A program made the position numbers and the translations under genes. The notes beneath the pieces were generated by a model, which worked only from the letters and a program-made list of their open reading frames with translations, ran no database searches and had not been told where the DNA came from. Positions 25,343 through 38,709 of a stretch of DNA of 64,000 nucleotides are shown here, one piece after another (the stretch's first letter is position 1; every line of letters starts with the position of its first letter). The DNA comes from Malacoraja senta (taxonomy: Eukaryota): NCBI GenBank assembly GCA_038087875.1, contig CM075992.1, positions 10,418,001 to 10,482,000 on the forward strand. Direction: 5' to 3'.

Positions 25343-27783
25343 CAAGACTAAGTGGGACCGCTTGGGTCCTAGTCACACGGGTGGGCTGGTTCCCCAACGC
25401 AACCCGTTCCCCAACGGAACATCCCACCACTAACCCGTTCCCCCAATGCAACCGGTTCCCCCACGCAATATTCCACCACTCACCAATAGCCCCTAAATGT
25501 GCAGGCCTGGTTCATTTCCCCTCGTCCTACATGGGAGGAGGCGAGGGGAGGGAAGGGGGGGGGTGTTCCAAGGGGTGTACGGGATGGGTGGGGAGGGAAT
25601 GAGTGGGGGCGGAGGTATGTAGGAGGGGGTCGAGTGTGTTGAGGGGGTAAGAGTGGTGTGGGGGGTAGTTAGGGTGGGGTGGTGTAGGATGTGTGGGGGA
25701 CGGGGTTTGTGGGAAGGGGAGGGGTGTGTGGGTGGGGGGGTGGTGGGTAGTGGAGGGGAGTGGTGTGGGGGCGGGGGGGTTGCGGTGGACGGGGAGGGTG
25801 GTTGTAGGGTGTAGCGACCGATGTGGAGTCCGAGAGGGGGGGGGTCGGAGGGGAAGGGTTATCTGATCGGAGGGAGGGGTATGTGAGTGGCGGATGGGGG
25901 GTTGGGGGAGCGCGGGAATGCGGGGGTGTAGGGGGGATGGGGAGTGTGGGGAGGAGTGTGGGTGGAAGCAAAGTGTGGGAGGGAGGAGGGAGTGTGGGAG
26001 GGAGGGGGTTTGTGGGAGGGAAGGTGCTTGTAGGATGGAGGGGGTGTGGGGTGTGTGAGTGTGTGAGCAGGAGGGGTTGTGGAGGAAGGTGTGTGTGGGT
26101 GTGTGTGGTGTTGTGAGGGCAATTGGGGGTTGTGGTTGTGTGAGGTGTGTAGGGCGGTGTGTGTGGACGGAAGTGGTTGTGGGGAAGGTTTGTGGGGAGA
26201 AGGGCTGTGCGGGAGGGGGGAGGGTGTGTGGGCAGGGCGAGCGCTGTGTGGGCGGGGTATGTTTTGTGGGGGGCAGGGCTGTGTAGGTGAGGGGTGGCGG
26301 TGGTGTGTGGTAGCGGTGTGAGGGTGGGGTATGGTTGGAGAGGTGTTGGGGGAGCGGTGCGAGGGAGTAGGGTCCGGGAGGGGTGTGGGGGACGGGTGTG
26401 GTTGGAGAGGTGTAGATGTAATGGTGTGGTGTGAGGTGTGTGGTGGGAGGGGTGTGGAGGGAGTGGTGTGGCGGGCGAGGTGTGGCGGGGGGACATGGGG
26501 GACGGTGTATGGGAGTGTGGGGGAAGGGTTTTGGGGAGGGGTGTGGGGAGGTGTGTGGAGGTAGTGGTGTGGGGGAAGATTGTGGTAAAACGGCGGGATT
26601 GCGGGAGGAGGGTTGTGCAGGAGGGGGGTCAGCGAGCATTGTGGAGCCGGAGAGTGTGGTGTGTGGGTGGGGGGACGGGGAGGGTGTGGGGGGACGGGGA
26701 TGGGGTGTGCAGGCGGGGCGGCGGTGGTGTGGAGGCGGGGGGGAGTGTGCGCGAGGGAGTGGATTTGGGGAGAGAGCTCGGAGAAATAACGGGGGTTGCG
26801 GGGGGAGTATCAAGGGGGAGGGGGGCAGCAGCCAGCGAGGAGTGCCAGAGGCATAAGGGCTGGAGGACTCACATAGGGCGTTGTAAAGTAAAGTAAAGTA
26901 AATTTATTTATATGGCACTTTTCAATCAATTTCAATCAAAGAAGCCAAAGTGCTTTACAGAGAAAATTATCCATATAAATAATAAAAAGAGGTAGAAAAA
27001 AATGACACAACATACTACAAGAGATTCAACACGAACATCCCCCCACAGCAGAATCTACACTCTCCACTGTGAGGGAAGGCACTAAAATGTCCAGTCCTCC
27101 TCCTCCTCCTAGTCCACCCGAGGTCGGGGCCAGTTTGAGACCACCGCAGCCAGTCGCCGCAACGGCGGCCTGATGATTATAGGCCCACCCGCCGGGAAGC
27201 TGGAACACCGGCATCGGGTGGAAAAGTCCTCAGCGGCCTTGAAGTGTCTGGAGCGGCCGCTCCTTCCCCGGAGACTGCGACGCCCGTGGACTTCAGGCCG
27301 CGCCGGTTGGAGCTTCGACTCACGGAGATCCGACGATGTAGACTTACAATGGGCGATGTGAACTCACAGCGGACGCTGTGGACTAATAGCGGGCTGTTTG
27401 GACTCACAGCGGGCGATGTGGACTAATAGCGGGCTGTTCGGACTCACAGCGGGCGATGTGGACACACAGCTGGCGAAGTGCACTCACAGCGGGCTCTGGT
27501 CGCTGGACGTTATCCTACGCAGGTACTAGAGTCTCCTTTTGCCGTTAGGCGAAATCACCGTCACCGACTCCGCGCCCGACCGGGTTGGGCCGCATCCGGT
27601 CACTCCAAAAATAGTGAGCTGTTTGTTACATCCGCAGCCATGGAGAGCCTTCCTCAGCTCCAGTAAAGACGCGATTGCGAAGGAAGGGGCGGACCATCCC
27701 GCGGAGTGACAGGAAAAAAGACCAACCCATGCGAACCGCGCAAACCGGAAGATAACAAGATCAGTGTTTTAGTTATGTATAGA
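25343..27783 (-). mobile_element. Non-autonomous Helitron-like element with internal G-rich tract (25530-26830) and 20-bp minisatellite (27335-27500)
   Basis: On the minus strand it starts with TC after A and ends CTTG (degenerate CTAG) before T. There is a subterminal hairpin GGACC..GGTCC at 25355-25369 and no TSD. Confidence 0.6.
26883..27325 (-). mobile_element. 5'-truncated copy S3 of the S5 family, (TTTAC)n tail
   Basis: Near-colinear reverse complement of 61887-62265, with an L2-like tail TGTAAAGCACTTTGG...GAAAAGTG. Confidence 0.85.
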
Positions 27784-28337
27784 TATAAGATATATGCTTA
27801 TTTGTTCACTTGCATGTTTGGTCATATATTCCATTGTTTTGTCATCGACCAACTATTGTTGCTGTAGAGTATTCTGAATTCCATAAAATCTTTCACTTTC
27901 CACAATCTATTCGTCTTTATTTCAAAAAAACAAATGTTCCAGCGTCGTTTTTAATTTATCTTTGCTCACCTTCGACTACGGGCAGTGTGCATCGGGGAGA
28001 GTATGTGAGCCATGTTGCGAAACATTTTTTATATATTACATTACTCAATGGGAACTTGGTCGTTGCATGTTTGGTTCATTTGTCCATCCGCACTGAATGA
28101 ATGCAGAACACCTGACGTGGATCATGTCGCGCTTGGTACTACCGTGACCTACATGATTGGTTTTCTGATGCTCAGCAGAAAACCGAATATTGCCAGCACC
28201 TATTAGAAGCTAGCTGCAAAATATCACCAATCAAACCAAGATCACAAGGAGAGAACGGTATAAATACATTGTCTTCCGAAGGGTCCCCACCAGGACTTTC
28301 GATCATTAATTGCCTATATTTACCATGTGAATACATT

Positions 28338-28338
28338 C

Positions 28339-28405
<67 letters not shown>

Positions 28406-28439
28406 TGTGTGTGTGTTTGTGAATGTGGCTGCGTGTGTT

Positions 28440-28485
<46 letters not shown>

Positions 28486-28513
28486 TGTGTGTGTGTTTGT
28501 GAATGTGGCTGCT

Positions 28514-28577
<64 letters not shown>

Positions 28578-28650
28578 TGTGTGTGTGTGTGTGTGTGTGC
28601 GTGTGTGTCTGTGAAGCTGTGTTTATATGTGTTTGTGTGTGTGTTTGTGG
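28338..28650. repeat. (GT)n microsatellite
   Basis: Direct reading. Confidence 0.96.
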
Positions 28651-29616
28651 TTCCAGCTCTCTCAATGCATCACATTATATGTAGTTCATTAAAGGCTCTC
28701 TTCAGAGAAAATTGTCCAAATCTACTGAATCTCCCTTTGTAAATGAAAACACCTACCGCAAGTAGCAGTCTGGTAATCCTACTCTTCATTCGCTACCAAG
28801 CGTGCATATGTTTCCTGTAATGGGTAGACCAGGACTGCACATAATATCCCGAATACGCACTAATCAAATTCCAATGGATCTTCACCATGACGCCCTAAAT
28901 ATTATACGGTTCTATTAAGGGTCTCCTGCAGGCTTGGACTTGCCACCAGATCCTGACCCAGATCTGTCAAAGACCAGTCTGTGCACCAGTGTCCATAGGT
29001 TAAACAAAGTCACGCACTGTCGTCGTCCATATAACACCCTGGTGGGGAGAAGGAAAACGCCAAATGCAAACCTCAACTGCCTTGGGACTACTATCTTATT
29101 CAAGAAAGGTGAAGACTGGATCAGGTGGAATACGGGAAAGAGACCACCATTTGGCAGTCGAACGGGTAGTAGGGTGCACCCAGTAAAGCACATTGGAGCG
29201 TAATTAGGGTCACAATGTTCACGTAGTTGACATCCACTGCATTCTTTTTTTTTTTTGTTGAAAATATTTTTTATTGGAGATAAGTACACAACCTATTTAC
29301 ATCATTACAGTCTTACATTTTCAAATTGATAATATTGTCAATTATTATTACATTGTCTCCAATACCTTTTGCCTTTTTTTTTAAACTAAATAGAACTAAA
29401 GAGATAGATGAAGTAAAGAAAGAAAGAAAGAGAAGAAAAAAAAAAAAAAAAAAAAAAAAAATAATAAAAAAAAATAAATAAATAAATAAATAAAACCAAA
29501 AAAAGGAAAAAGATAGTTAAAGAAGAATGGAAAAATTTATTAAAATAAAAAACTTCATTCGAGATATATTCGTACATTTCTAAGTATAGCATTTCAACCA
29601 TTCTTTAGCCCGAGTG

Positions 29617-32600
29617 CTAGTCAGGTTCCTGTGCTGAACTGTTCTGACCCTTTAAGTAATCAATAAAAGGAGACCATGTTCCAACGAATAATTCCTGTTT
29701 GTCCAACAGGGAGAATCTGATTCTTTCCACGTTTAAGGTCTCCGTCATTTCTATAATCCACATTTTGATTGTGGGGGTCGTAGGGGCCTTTCCAAAATTT
29801 TAGAATTAATTTGTTTCCTGTTATTAAACTATAATCAATAAAGTTTCTTTGTGTTGTTATAAATTTTGATTTAATTCTAATATTCCAAGTATTATGAATT
29901 TTGGATCTGGGTCCAATTGTGTGCTGGTTATTTTAGATATTATACTGAAAATATTTACCCAGAATGTTTTAATTTTTATACAGTTTGCAAACATATGAGA
30001 TAAGGTAGCTTCTAAATGTTGACATTTATCACATATAGGTGAGATATGTTGAAAGATTTTATGTAGTTTTGTTTTTGAATAATGTAACCTATGTATTACT
30101 TTAAATTGTATTAGAGAATGTCTGGCGTTTAATGAACATTGATGTATGTGTTGCAAACTTTCTTCCCAAGTATCTTTCGTTATTATTTGATTTAATTCTT
30201 TTCCCCATGTTTGTCTGTGTAAGTCCGTCGATGGAATGTCACTGTCTAATAAGATATTATATATATAAGATATTAATTTTTCTGTATTAGGATGTTTGTT
30301 CCAACCTTCATCAAGAATTTCTGAATTTCTAATTCGAAAATTTTGAGTATTCGATTTTACATAATCTCTAAGTTGAAGATATCTGAAATAATCATTTCCT
30401 CGAAGTCCATAAGTCTGTTGCAACTCCTGAAATGTCAGAAAAGTGCCTTCCTTGTAAAGTTGTCCCATATTTTTAATTCCATAATTCTTCCATTGTGTAA
30501 AACCCCGTCCAACCATGAAGGCTTAAACAAAGGGTTATTCACAATTGGAAGAAAAAGTGATAAATTATCTAATTTTAATGTCTTTTTTAATTGTTTCCAA
30601 ATTCGTATAGCACTAAATATTATAGGGTTTTCCCTATAATTTTTTTTGTTTAATTTAGACGTTGCAAATAATATCGAACCGATATCAAAAGGTAAACAAT
30701 CTTCCTTTTCCATTTTTAACCAGTCTGGTTGATAATCTATTTCTTCCAACCAGAAATTCATATTTTTAATATTAACTGCCCAGAAATAAAACAAAAAGTT
30801 GGGTAAAACCAAGCCTCCATTTATTTTTGATTTACACAAATGTCTTCTGTTTATCCTATGATTCTTATAATCCCAGATAAAATCATTAACAATAGAGTCC
30901 AGTTTAAAAAAAAAGTTTTTTGCCAGATATATCGGAATTGTCTGAAAAAGGTATAATATTTGCGGTTGAAAAATCATTTTTATGGCATTAATTTTGCCAA
31001 CCATTGAGATAGGAAGTGTTTTCCAGTATTGAATATTCTTATGTAGTTTATTCAGTAATGGTGAAAAATTTGCTTTAAATAATGATGTATATATCTTAGT
31101 TACATAAATACCTAGATATTTAAATTTTTCCTTTACTATTTTAAATGGAAATTGTTGTATTATCTGTTTGTTATGTTCCCTTATTGGCATAATTTCAATT
31201 TTATTCCAATTTATTCTGTATCCTGAAAGTGAACCAAATTGGGTTATTAGCTTTAATAAGTTTGGAATACTAATTTCTGGTTTTGTAATGTAAATTAATA
31301 CATCATCTGCGTATAGAGAAATTTTATTCACTGTGTCCTTTGTGTTATACCCGTGTATTTCCGGATGCCCCCTGACTCTTTCTGCAAGTGGCTCAATAGC
31401 AAGCGCAAATAATAATGGAGATAACGGGCATCCTTGTCTACAACCTCTAGATAGGCTAAATTTAGATGACAACCTTTGGTTTGTAAATATTCTAGCCGTG
31501 GGATTTGTATATAACAGTTTTATCCATGTACAGAATTTCTCCCCTAGCTGCATATTTTCCATCACCGAAAATAAATAAGACCATTCGACCTGATCAAATG
31601 CTTTTTCAGCGTCAAGTGAGATTATTGCTAGATCTTCATTAATAATTCTCTTGGAATATATAATATTAAATAATCTTCTTAGATTATAATATGAGTACCG
31701 TTTCTGAATAAAGCCTGTTTGGTCAGGGTGTATTAATTTATTCATCACTGTACTTAATCTAAGCGCTAGTATTTTAGTTAATATTTTCTGATCTGTATTT
31801 AAAAGTGCAATTGCTCTATATGATCCCGGGTCTTCCGGATCTTTATCAGCTTTAGGAATAAGTGTTATTATAGATTCATTTAAAGTGTCTGGAAGTTTCT
31901 GTTGAGTATAGATATACTCATACAGTCTTTGTAAACGTGGGCAAAGCAAATCATAATTTTTTTTATAAAATTCGGAGCCTAAACCATCTGGTCCTACTGC
32001 TTTACCATTTTTTAAAGAGCCAATAGACTCCTCAATATCTTTTATCGTAATCTCCCTTTCTAATAATTCCCTATCGTTTGAATCTAAACCTTTTAAATTA
32101 CATTTTAGTAAAAAATCTGCTATTCCTTCTGATTGTCCTACGGTTTTAGTTGAATAAAGGTTATGATAGTATTGGAGAAATCTATCATTTATGTCCTTGG
32201 GCATTTTAAATAATTCTCCTGTCTCTGTTCTAATTTTATGAATTATTTTTTCCCCTTCCATTTTTCGTAAGTGACGTGCCAATAGTTTTTGTGGTTTGTC
32301 TCCAAATTCAAAATGTAATTGTTTGGTTTTTTGATAAAGTTTTATTACTTGTTCTGAATACATTTTATTTAATTTATATTTCAATACAGCAATTTTATTA
32401 TGTTTTAAGATAGATGGCATTCTCGCATTTTCTATATCTAGTTGCTTGATTTCACTTTCCAATGTTTGTTGCTTAATCCTGTTCCCTTTATTATAAAATG
32501 CTTGAGCAGAAATTAATGTACCTCGAACAAACGCTTTAAACGTTTCCCACATAAGAGAAGTAGGTGTGTCAGGGTTGTCATTTACCTCAAAAAATATTTG

Positions 32601-33431
32601 AATCTGTTTAATAATATATTCCTGGCATGATCTTTCGTTCAAAATTTGTGGGTTAAATCTCCAATATGCTTGTTTGTCAGACATTCCATTTAATTTAATC
32701 ATGAATGTTACAGGTGCGTGATCTGAGATTATAATGTTATGGTATTTTGAATTATAAATAAATGGGATAAACGTAGAGTCAACTAAAAAATAATCTATTC
32801 TTGAGTATGTTTTATGTACTGGTGAGTAAAATGAATATTCCCGTCCAGTTGGGTTTTCTATTCTCCAGACATCCTTAATATTAGTGGTATTAATAAATGA
32901 ATTTAGAAATACACTTGATTGAGATTTTACTTTTTTTTGCCTTGATGATCTATCTAAGTATGAATCTAATGTACAATTGAAGTCTCCTCCAATTATTAAT
33001 TTATATTGTGTAAATTCAGGAATTTTATTAAATGTTTTATTAAAAAACATGGGGTTATCAAAGTTAGGCCCATATACATTAAGAAGAATCACTTTTTCTC
33101 CATTTAACTCTCCAACTAATATAATATATCTACCATCAATATCCACTATTGTTGAAGAGTTCGTAAAAGGTATTCCTTTACGAATTAATATTGCAACTCC
33201 TCTGGACTTATGGGAAAAAGAGGAATGATATGATTCAGCGATCCACTTAGCTTTAAGTCTATGTTGAGATTCCTTTTTAAGGTGTGTTTCTTGGAGAAAT
33301 ATTATATCTGTTTTGATTAAATTTAGATGTGCCAAAACTTTACCTCTCTTAATTGGTTCATTGATTCCCTTGACATTCCAACTACAAAATGTTATTCCCT
33401 GACCCCCTCTTGTCATATTAACATCTTGCAT
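29617..33431 (-). pseudogene. L1-B ORF2, open for about 980 codons and then frameshifted
   Basis: Endonuclease and RT motifs are intact (YADD). Very similar to L1-A ORF2. Confidence 0.96.
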
Positions 33432-33735
33432 ATTGTTTCTAAGGTGGTCTATAACCGAGCAGAAGGTACAACACATAAAACCTGACCCTGCTTCCGAACT
33501 TCAGATAGATGAATTTAAAATCATATACATCGCTCTTCCGAACACATCTCCTTGTATTAGTCTTGTTTTTCCATTCAAACATTAAGTTATAAAAAAAATT
33601 TAAGTGAAAAAAGTGATAGAATTGATTAGTAAAGGGTGAAAGAAAAAGAACTACATCTACAATTAGTGTAGTTAATGATAGCCACACTAACGTGGCTAGA
33701 ATTCTAAAGACTTCCGTAGCCTTTGTAAGAAAAAA

Positions 33736-34231
33736 GGAGGGACGTCAAAGACGTAAGAACCTAAGAATTGTAGAGGTGAAAGAAGGAAGTGAGAGGGAAA
33801 TGGGCTCTCGGGACTTTGTGGCAGACCTATTACAAAAAGCCTTAAAATTGGATCACAAACCTTCACTCGGTCGAGCTCATAGAGCGCAGCGGCGTCGTAC
33901 ACAAGATGATGCCCATCCAAGACAAATTATCGTAAAGGTGCAACTGGATCATGAATTTGACGATATAATGAAGAAAATTGTTCGAGGCGGACAGCTCCTT
34001 TTTGAAGGTGTGAGATTCAGTATTTACCGAGATTATCCGGCAGAAGTCTTCAAAAAAAGAGCGCTGTTCATTGAGACAAAAAGAATACTGAAGAATGTAC
34101 CTGGTTTGAGATACGGCCTGCTTTATCCCGCAAGACTAAGAGTCACCTACAAGTCAAAGGAGCAATTTTTTACAGACCATGAAAAAGCACTGGAATATGC
34201 CAAAGAAATCGGTAACATGACCGTAGACTGA
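33736..34231 (+). pseudogene. L1-B ORF1 C-terminal half (RRM + CTD), inverted relative to ORF2
   Basis: EGRQRRKNLRI, RAHRA, PRQIIVK, IYRDY and LYPARLRV motifs of L1 ORF1p. Confidence 0.93.
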
Positions 34232-35883
34232 AGAATTTACATTACTCCTTAGGAGTCAAGGACTAACAGGACCGCCAGATCTAAAATGACCTTTAAAGTT
34301 CTTTTAAGAGCTTTAAGGACATTCGAAAACCGAAATGGACGGAGGACATTGGAGAAAACCGTGATCTTTGTATTTTTTTTTAAAACTTTTTTTTAACTAA
34401 TCATTATTATTATCTGTATATTCATATCTAACTATATATGTAACAACTAATACTTATTAAATATCCATATTACCACTAAAATTATTAACATTAACATTTC
34501 TCATAAAAATTTAATACTGTATATGATTGATAACAATGATTAATAATTAATAGTCTTCGATTAACGTAGAAATGAATTACATACTTATATTATATAGGAG
34601 GATATGCAAGAGGTAAATTAGCCTACGTCATAATAAAGCTTGACGGTTTTTCTCTTTATTTTTCAATTTAAAATTAAATTTATAGATTTAGCGAAGAAAT
34701 TAATATGATATGTAGAGAATAATAACGTTGTGAATTTTTGCTGTTCTTGAACTTTTCTGCAGGGATACGTGCTTATGTATGTATGCACATGGGTATATAT
34801 ACATATATATATGTATGTATATTGTGTGTGTGTATGTATGGGTATGTATATAAGTTTGTTACTCCCAAAGAAGTTATTTGAATGTTAGAAATAATCTTTC
34901 TTTTTCTTCGGGCACGGAGCTGGGAATTTTTTTTTCTTACATCCACTGCATTCTGACCTATCGCCCGCCGTCTTGCCACTGGATCCAGATAAGCCAGAAG
35001 GAGAGAGTGAGGCTGACGATTTGCGCAACTTTCCCTCACTTTAATCCAATTCAAGCGCAAGTAAACTTGGCGAGGCAAGATCATCACAGGAACATGTGCA
35101 TCAGAGAGGAGGCGCACCGCAGAGGCTCGGAGGAAATGCGCCGCGTGCAAGGCTCGAGTCACTTCAACTTCTACTGCGGCACCCACCTAACTGTATCCCG
35201 AGCCTTCCGGGCCCGGATCAGTCTCGCCTGTCACCTCCGGACCCACAAACAAAATCACTGAGGTCATGGACTACTTCGACTACGAAGGACGAACAAAAAA
35301 ACACACACATACACTCAATGCCCCTGGCATGAAGGCAAGCCAATTATACGACCTCTTTAACACACTATCTACCTATGCTGCCACCGTCAGTGAGCTACAA
35401 TCTTACACCACGAGATCCCTCTGCAAATCAATGCTGTTGAAGGTCTTGCCATTAACTGAATACTTTCTGCTTACCTTTTACCTCGCAAACGTTCCCTTTA
35501 CATTTCATCTCGCGTCCATCTCCTATTTGTCCGTCCACATTTACAGCTGGTCAATAACATGCTGTATTTTCTGGCTGTAGTCCACACTGTCTGCACTCCT
35601 CTAGTTTTGGTCTCGTGGGAAACCTTACTCAGCAGCCCATCTAAGTTTACTTCTAGGTAAATGTTTTTTTTCATTTATGTGTAAGTCACTTGTATCTGAC
35701 AAAATCGACAGGTTTGTTACAAAAGCATGTGTATAATAGTTATTTCCCTCAACTAACAGCTTTTCAGGTCCGCAAAAAGCTCAAACAAGCTGAAAACGCA
35801 TCGCGACGTGGAACAAACGCATGGGGATCGGTATGACATTTGCATACCCCTCCCTAATCGCGTACATTTCCTCTTTAAATTCC

Positions 35884-36061
35884 GTACGATACGATGCGAC
35901 AAAACGTTATTCATCCTCGGAGGGGTATTGGTCAGCCGACAGACACAACACACAAGGTATATATAAACTTGAAATTAAAACAAAATTAAAAAGTGAAAAC
36001 AACAAGAAAAAGACAAGCGACTTTTGGTTGGCTGCCGTTTGCACAGCGCCTTCACCGGAAG
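35884..36061 (-). mobile_element. Short non-autonomous retroelement, (TCGTA)n tail
   Basis: On the minus strand: head CTTCCGGTGAAGGCGC, a T-rich body, and tail GAGGATGAATAA followed by tcgtatcgtac. Confidence 0.5.
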
Positions 36062-38368
36062 AAATGAACAAACAAACACAAATAAACACAATTTATCTCC
36101 GAGGCAGAGAATTCTAAACTTGATTTCCCCCGATCCCCTGTACCGGGTCCCCCTTTGTTCTCCCACCGTCCCTCACAGCGGTCGCCACAGGCTGGGTCCC
36201 CGTTGTTCTTCACGGCGTTCCCCCACGCCGGGTCCTCCATTATTCTTAACGGGGGTCCCCGTACAACGGGTCCTTCTTGACTCCCCCCCCCCACCGCACG
36301 CTAACCGTCACACTACTGATGCTAAGAAATCGTTTGTACCTTGCCTCTTCCTTTGACCCGAAACATGCATTGTATTCTGTTCAGTGGTCCTACTGTCTCC
36401 TCAGGTACATTCTTATGTTTGTTAAAAATCGGTACACCGTGCCTTGAGAATTTGAACAAAACGCTAATTGCTGCAGGAACTCCGTGTTTCGGGCAGCATT
36501 CTGTTATCGGGAATGGACGGGCAACGTGAAGGATCAAGTCTCTTCTTCTCACTGATGGAGCAGCGACAGTACCTGGAAAGAAGATGTATGGGTGGGCCAA
36601 AGCACCACAAAAGACGTCGATACAGAAGTGGAATTTTGGCGTGTCATTTCGGTGGTAAAAAAGTCAAACGCGAGGGATGGAGAGGAGACAAATGGGAGTC
36701 TGTTGAGGAAGAAGACGAGGAGTGAAATTTAAAGTCGAAGAGTGGTACGATATTGGTGGATGTATACAGGAGGAGGAAAGAAGGGGAATCAAATTAAAGA
36801 ATGTTTGAGGTGAGATCCCGTCCATGTCCGCTTTATTGCCACAATTCCCCGTTAAGCAATTTTCCTGCTTTCTTTATTTCCCACCAAACCTTTGCCACGT
36901 CAGCTTATGAATGGGCCATAGATATGAGGTATACAATCAATGGGGTAAAGAAAGCAAGTTGCTTCAGTGCTCTCAGCTGCATATGACCTTTATGTAAAGC
37001 ACCATAGTCTCAAATAACACTCACACGTGGGAATTGGTCTGCAGCATCGTGAGTTGTCATTTCTCTATTCAAGCCTCCGGACATTCTGACAAACACAACC
37101 AACATCCCTCAAACATTCAACAATTTAATGCAGATCGAGAAGGGTGCAAGTTATGTTCAACCGTCCTCCAACGCCATCGATGAGCATTCTCGAGATATAA
37201 GTAAGCATAGGTATTAACTCACCACCGTAGTCGTGAAAGAACGTTGCGGACGGCTGGACTAGTAGCAATATTGCTAAGAGAACGACACGCAGCTTTCTCA
37301 TCTTTGCTTCCCGTTCAGGTTCAAGTAATACGACGAGATCCCTTATCTCATCGGATCAATTTTGTTCAATATATACCGCACGAGGTTGTGCCTGACGTTG
37401 CCGTGCGTGCTTTGATGACGTGCCGTTGCGGTCGATTTGTTCCAGGAGGCGCCCGTCGGTCTGACCATTCCTTATTGGCACCGGTCAGCCGCCAACATTA
37501 TTCCTCTAGCAGACAACAATTGGTCAACAATTAATTTATGCTGAAGGGTTCCATTCACAGATTAGCTCGTCACATCGACTCGAGTCGCTGAAAGAGCCCA
37601 CGTGTCAAATTTCCAGACACGGCTCCTTCCCCACGTCATTCCTGTCCACTTGAGTCTTACAATGTATCCAGGCTAATTAATCAGATCGTCAGCAAGTGTA
37701 TCAGGAACTCTTCTTAACTCATGCTGTGGTATATTAAACACAACCTAGTTTCAGATTCATCGCAGTTGCAATGTGTTTGTGCTCAAAGTTGTACATTTTT
37801 TTTATCAGAGTTTGCCCTCTTGTTTATTTCGCGCATTTGTCTCCAAATCTCAAATGTATTAATAGTTAGTTTCCACAAAAAACACAGCCAGCGTGCACAA
37901 AATGTGGCCATTTAGTTTACCATTTACAAGCCGACATTCACTTCCAACCACATTTATACTATTTACCAGCACTTTTGATAGATTGGCGCTTCCAGTACTC
38001 GTCTCAAGTGTGTTGCTTATGTCTGCCCCCATCACCCTTCGGACATTTCGTTACAGTTGCAAACCTTCTGCTTTCTCACATCCCTATGAATCTTTAATGC
38101 TATAATTTATGTTGAATTCTTCTTCAAAAGTGAAACGTTTCCTTACTTACCACACTGTCTCTGTTCATCATTTCTACCAAATCCCCCTTGGCCTCCACGG
38201 CTATGAACAAGAATTCAGCATTCCTAGATTCTAGCGAGTAGAACCGTATCGCAGTTGTGTTGGGCCCAAACACTATTAACATTTGCTAGGCAAGTTTTTC
38301 ATTCTGCGGTTAGCGGGTTCATCCGTTTTTCCTCATACCTATTTCCCTGCCAATTACAATTTGTCCAA

Positions 38369-38709
38369 ATGCTGCTCCAAGACAGATAATTGTGAAATTT
38401 CTTGATATTTCTTCAGTGGAATCTATACTGAAGAAGATTGTTCATGGTGAAAATTTGATATATCGTGGGGAAAAGATCCGATTTTTCCGAGATTATCCTC
38501 CAGAGATTGTCCAGAGAATGAACTTGTTTACACCGACAAGAAACATACTGACGGGTATTTTTAAAGTCAGATATGGAGTTGTTTTCCCAGCAAAAATGAA
38601 AATTACTTATAAGGGAATTGAGCGCTCATTTACGGACCCAGAAAAAGCATTTAAATATGCAGAAGATATCACGAGGAAAGCATCGGAAACATCGGAAGAA
38701 GACGACTAA
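38369..38709 (+). pseudogene. L1-C ORF1 C-terminal fragment
   Basis: PRQIIVKF, IRFFRDY, YGVVFPAKMKITY. Confidence 0.9.

Larger units (their letters stand above)
29246..34938 (-). mobile_element. L1-B: L1 with an inverted 5' segment (33736-34938)
   Basis: 16-bp TSD ACATCCACTGCATTCT (29230-29245 / 34939-34954). Poly-T at 29245, ORF2 on the minus strand, ORF1 3' half plus spacer on the plus strand. Confidence 0.95.
28915..35300 (+). mobile_element. Degenerate RTE-clade LINE 3' portion, split by L1-B
   Basis: C-terminus SRAFRARISLACHLRTH (35197-35247) and 3' end gtcatggactacttcgactacgaaggacgaac. The left boundary is approximate. Confidence 0.65.

Noticed and set aside
25527..26813. 428-aa Pro/His-rich ORF
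   Set aside because: Low-complexity G-rich tract, possibly with poor base quality.
33692..33735. N-terminus of the 179-aa ORF as a real ORF1 start
   Set aside because: It is antisense spacer sequence fused to ORF1 at the inversion junction.
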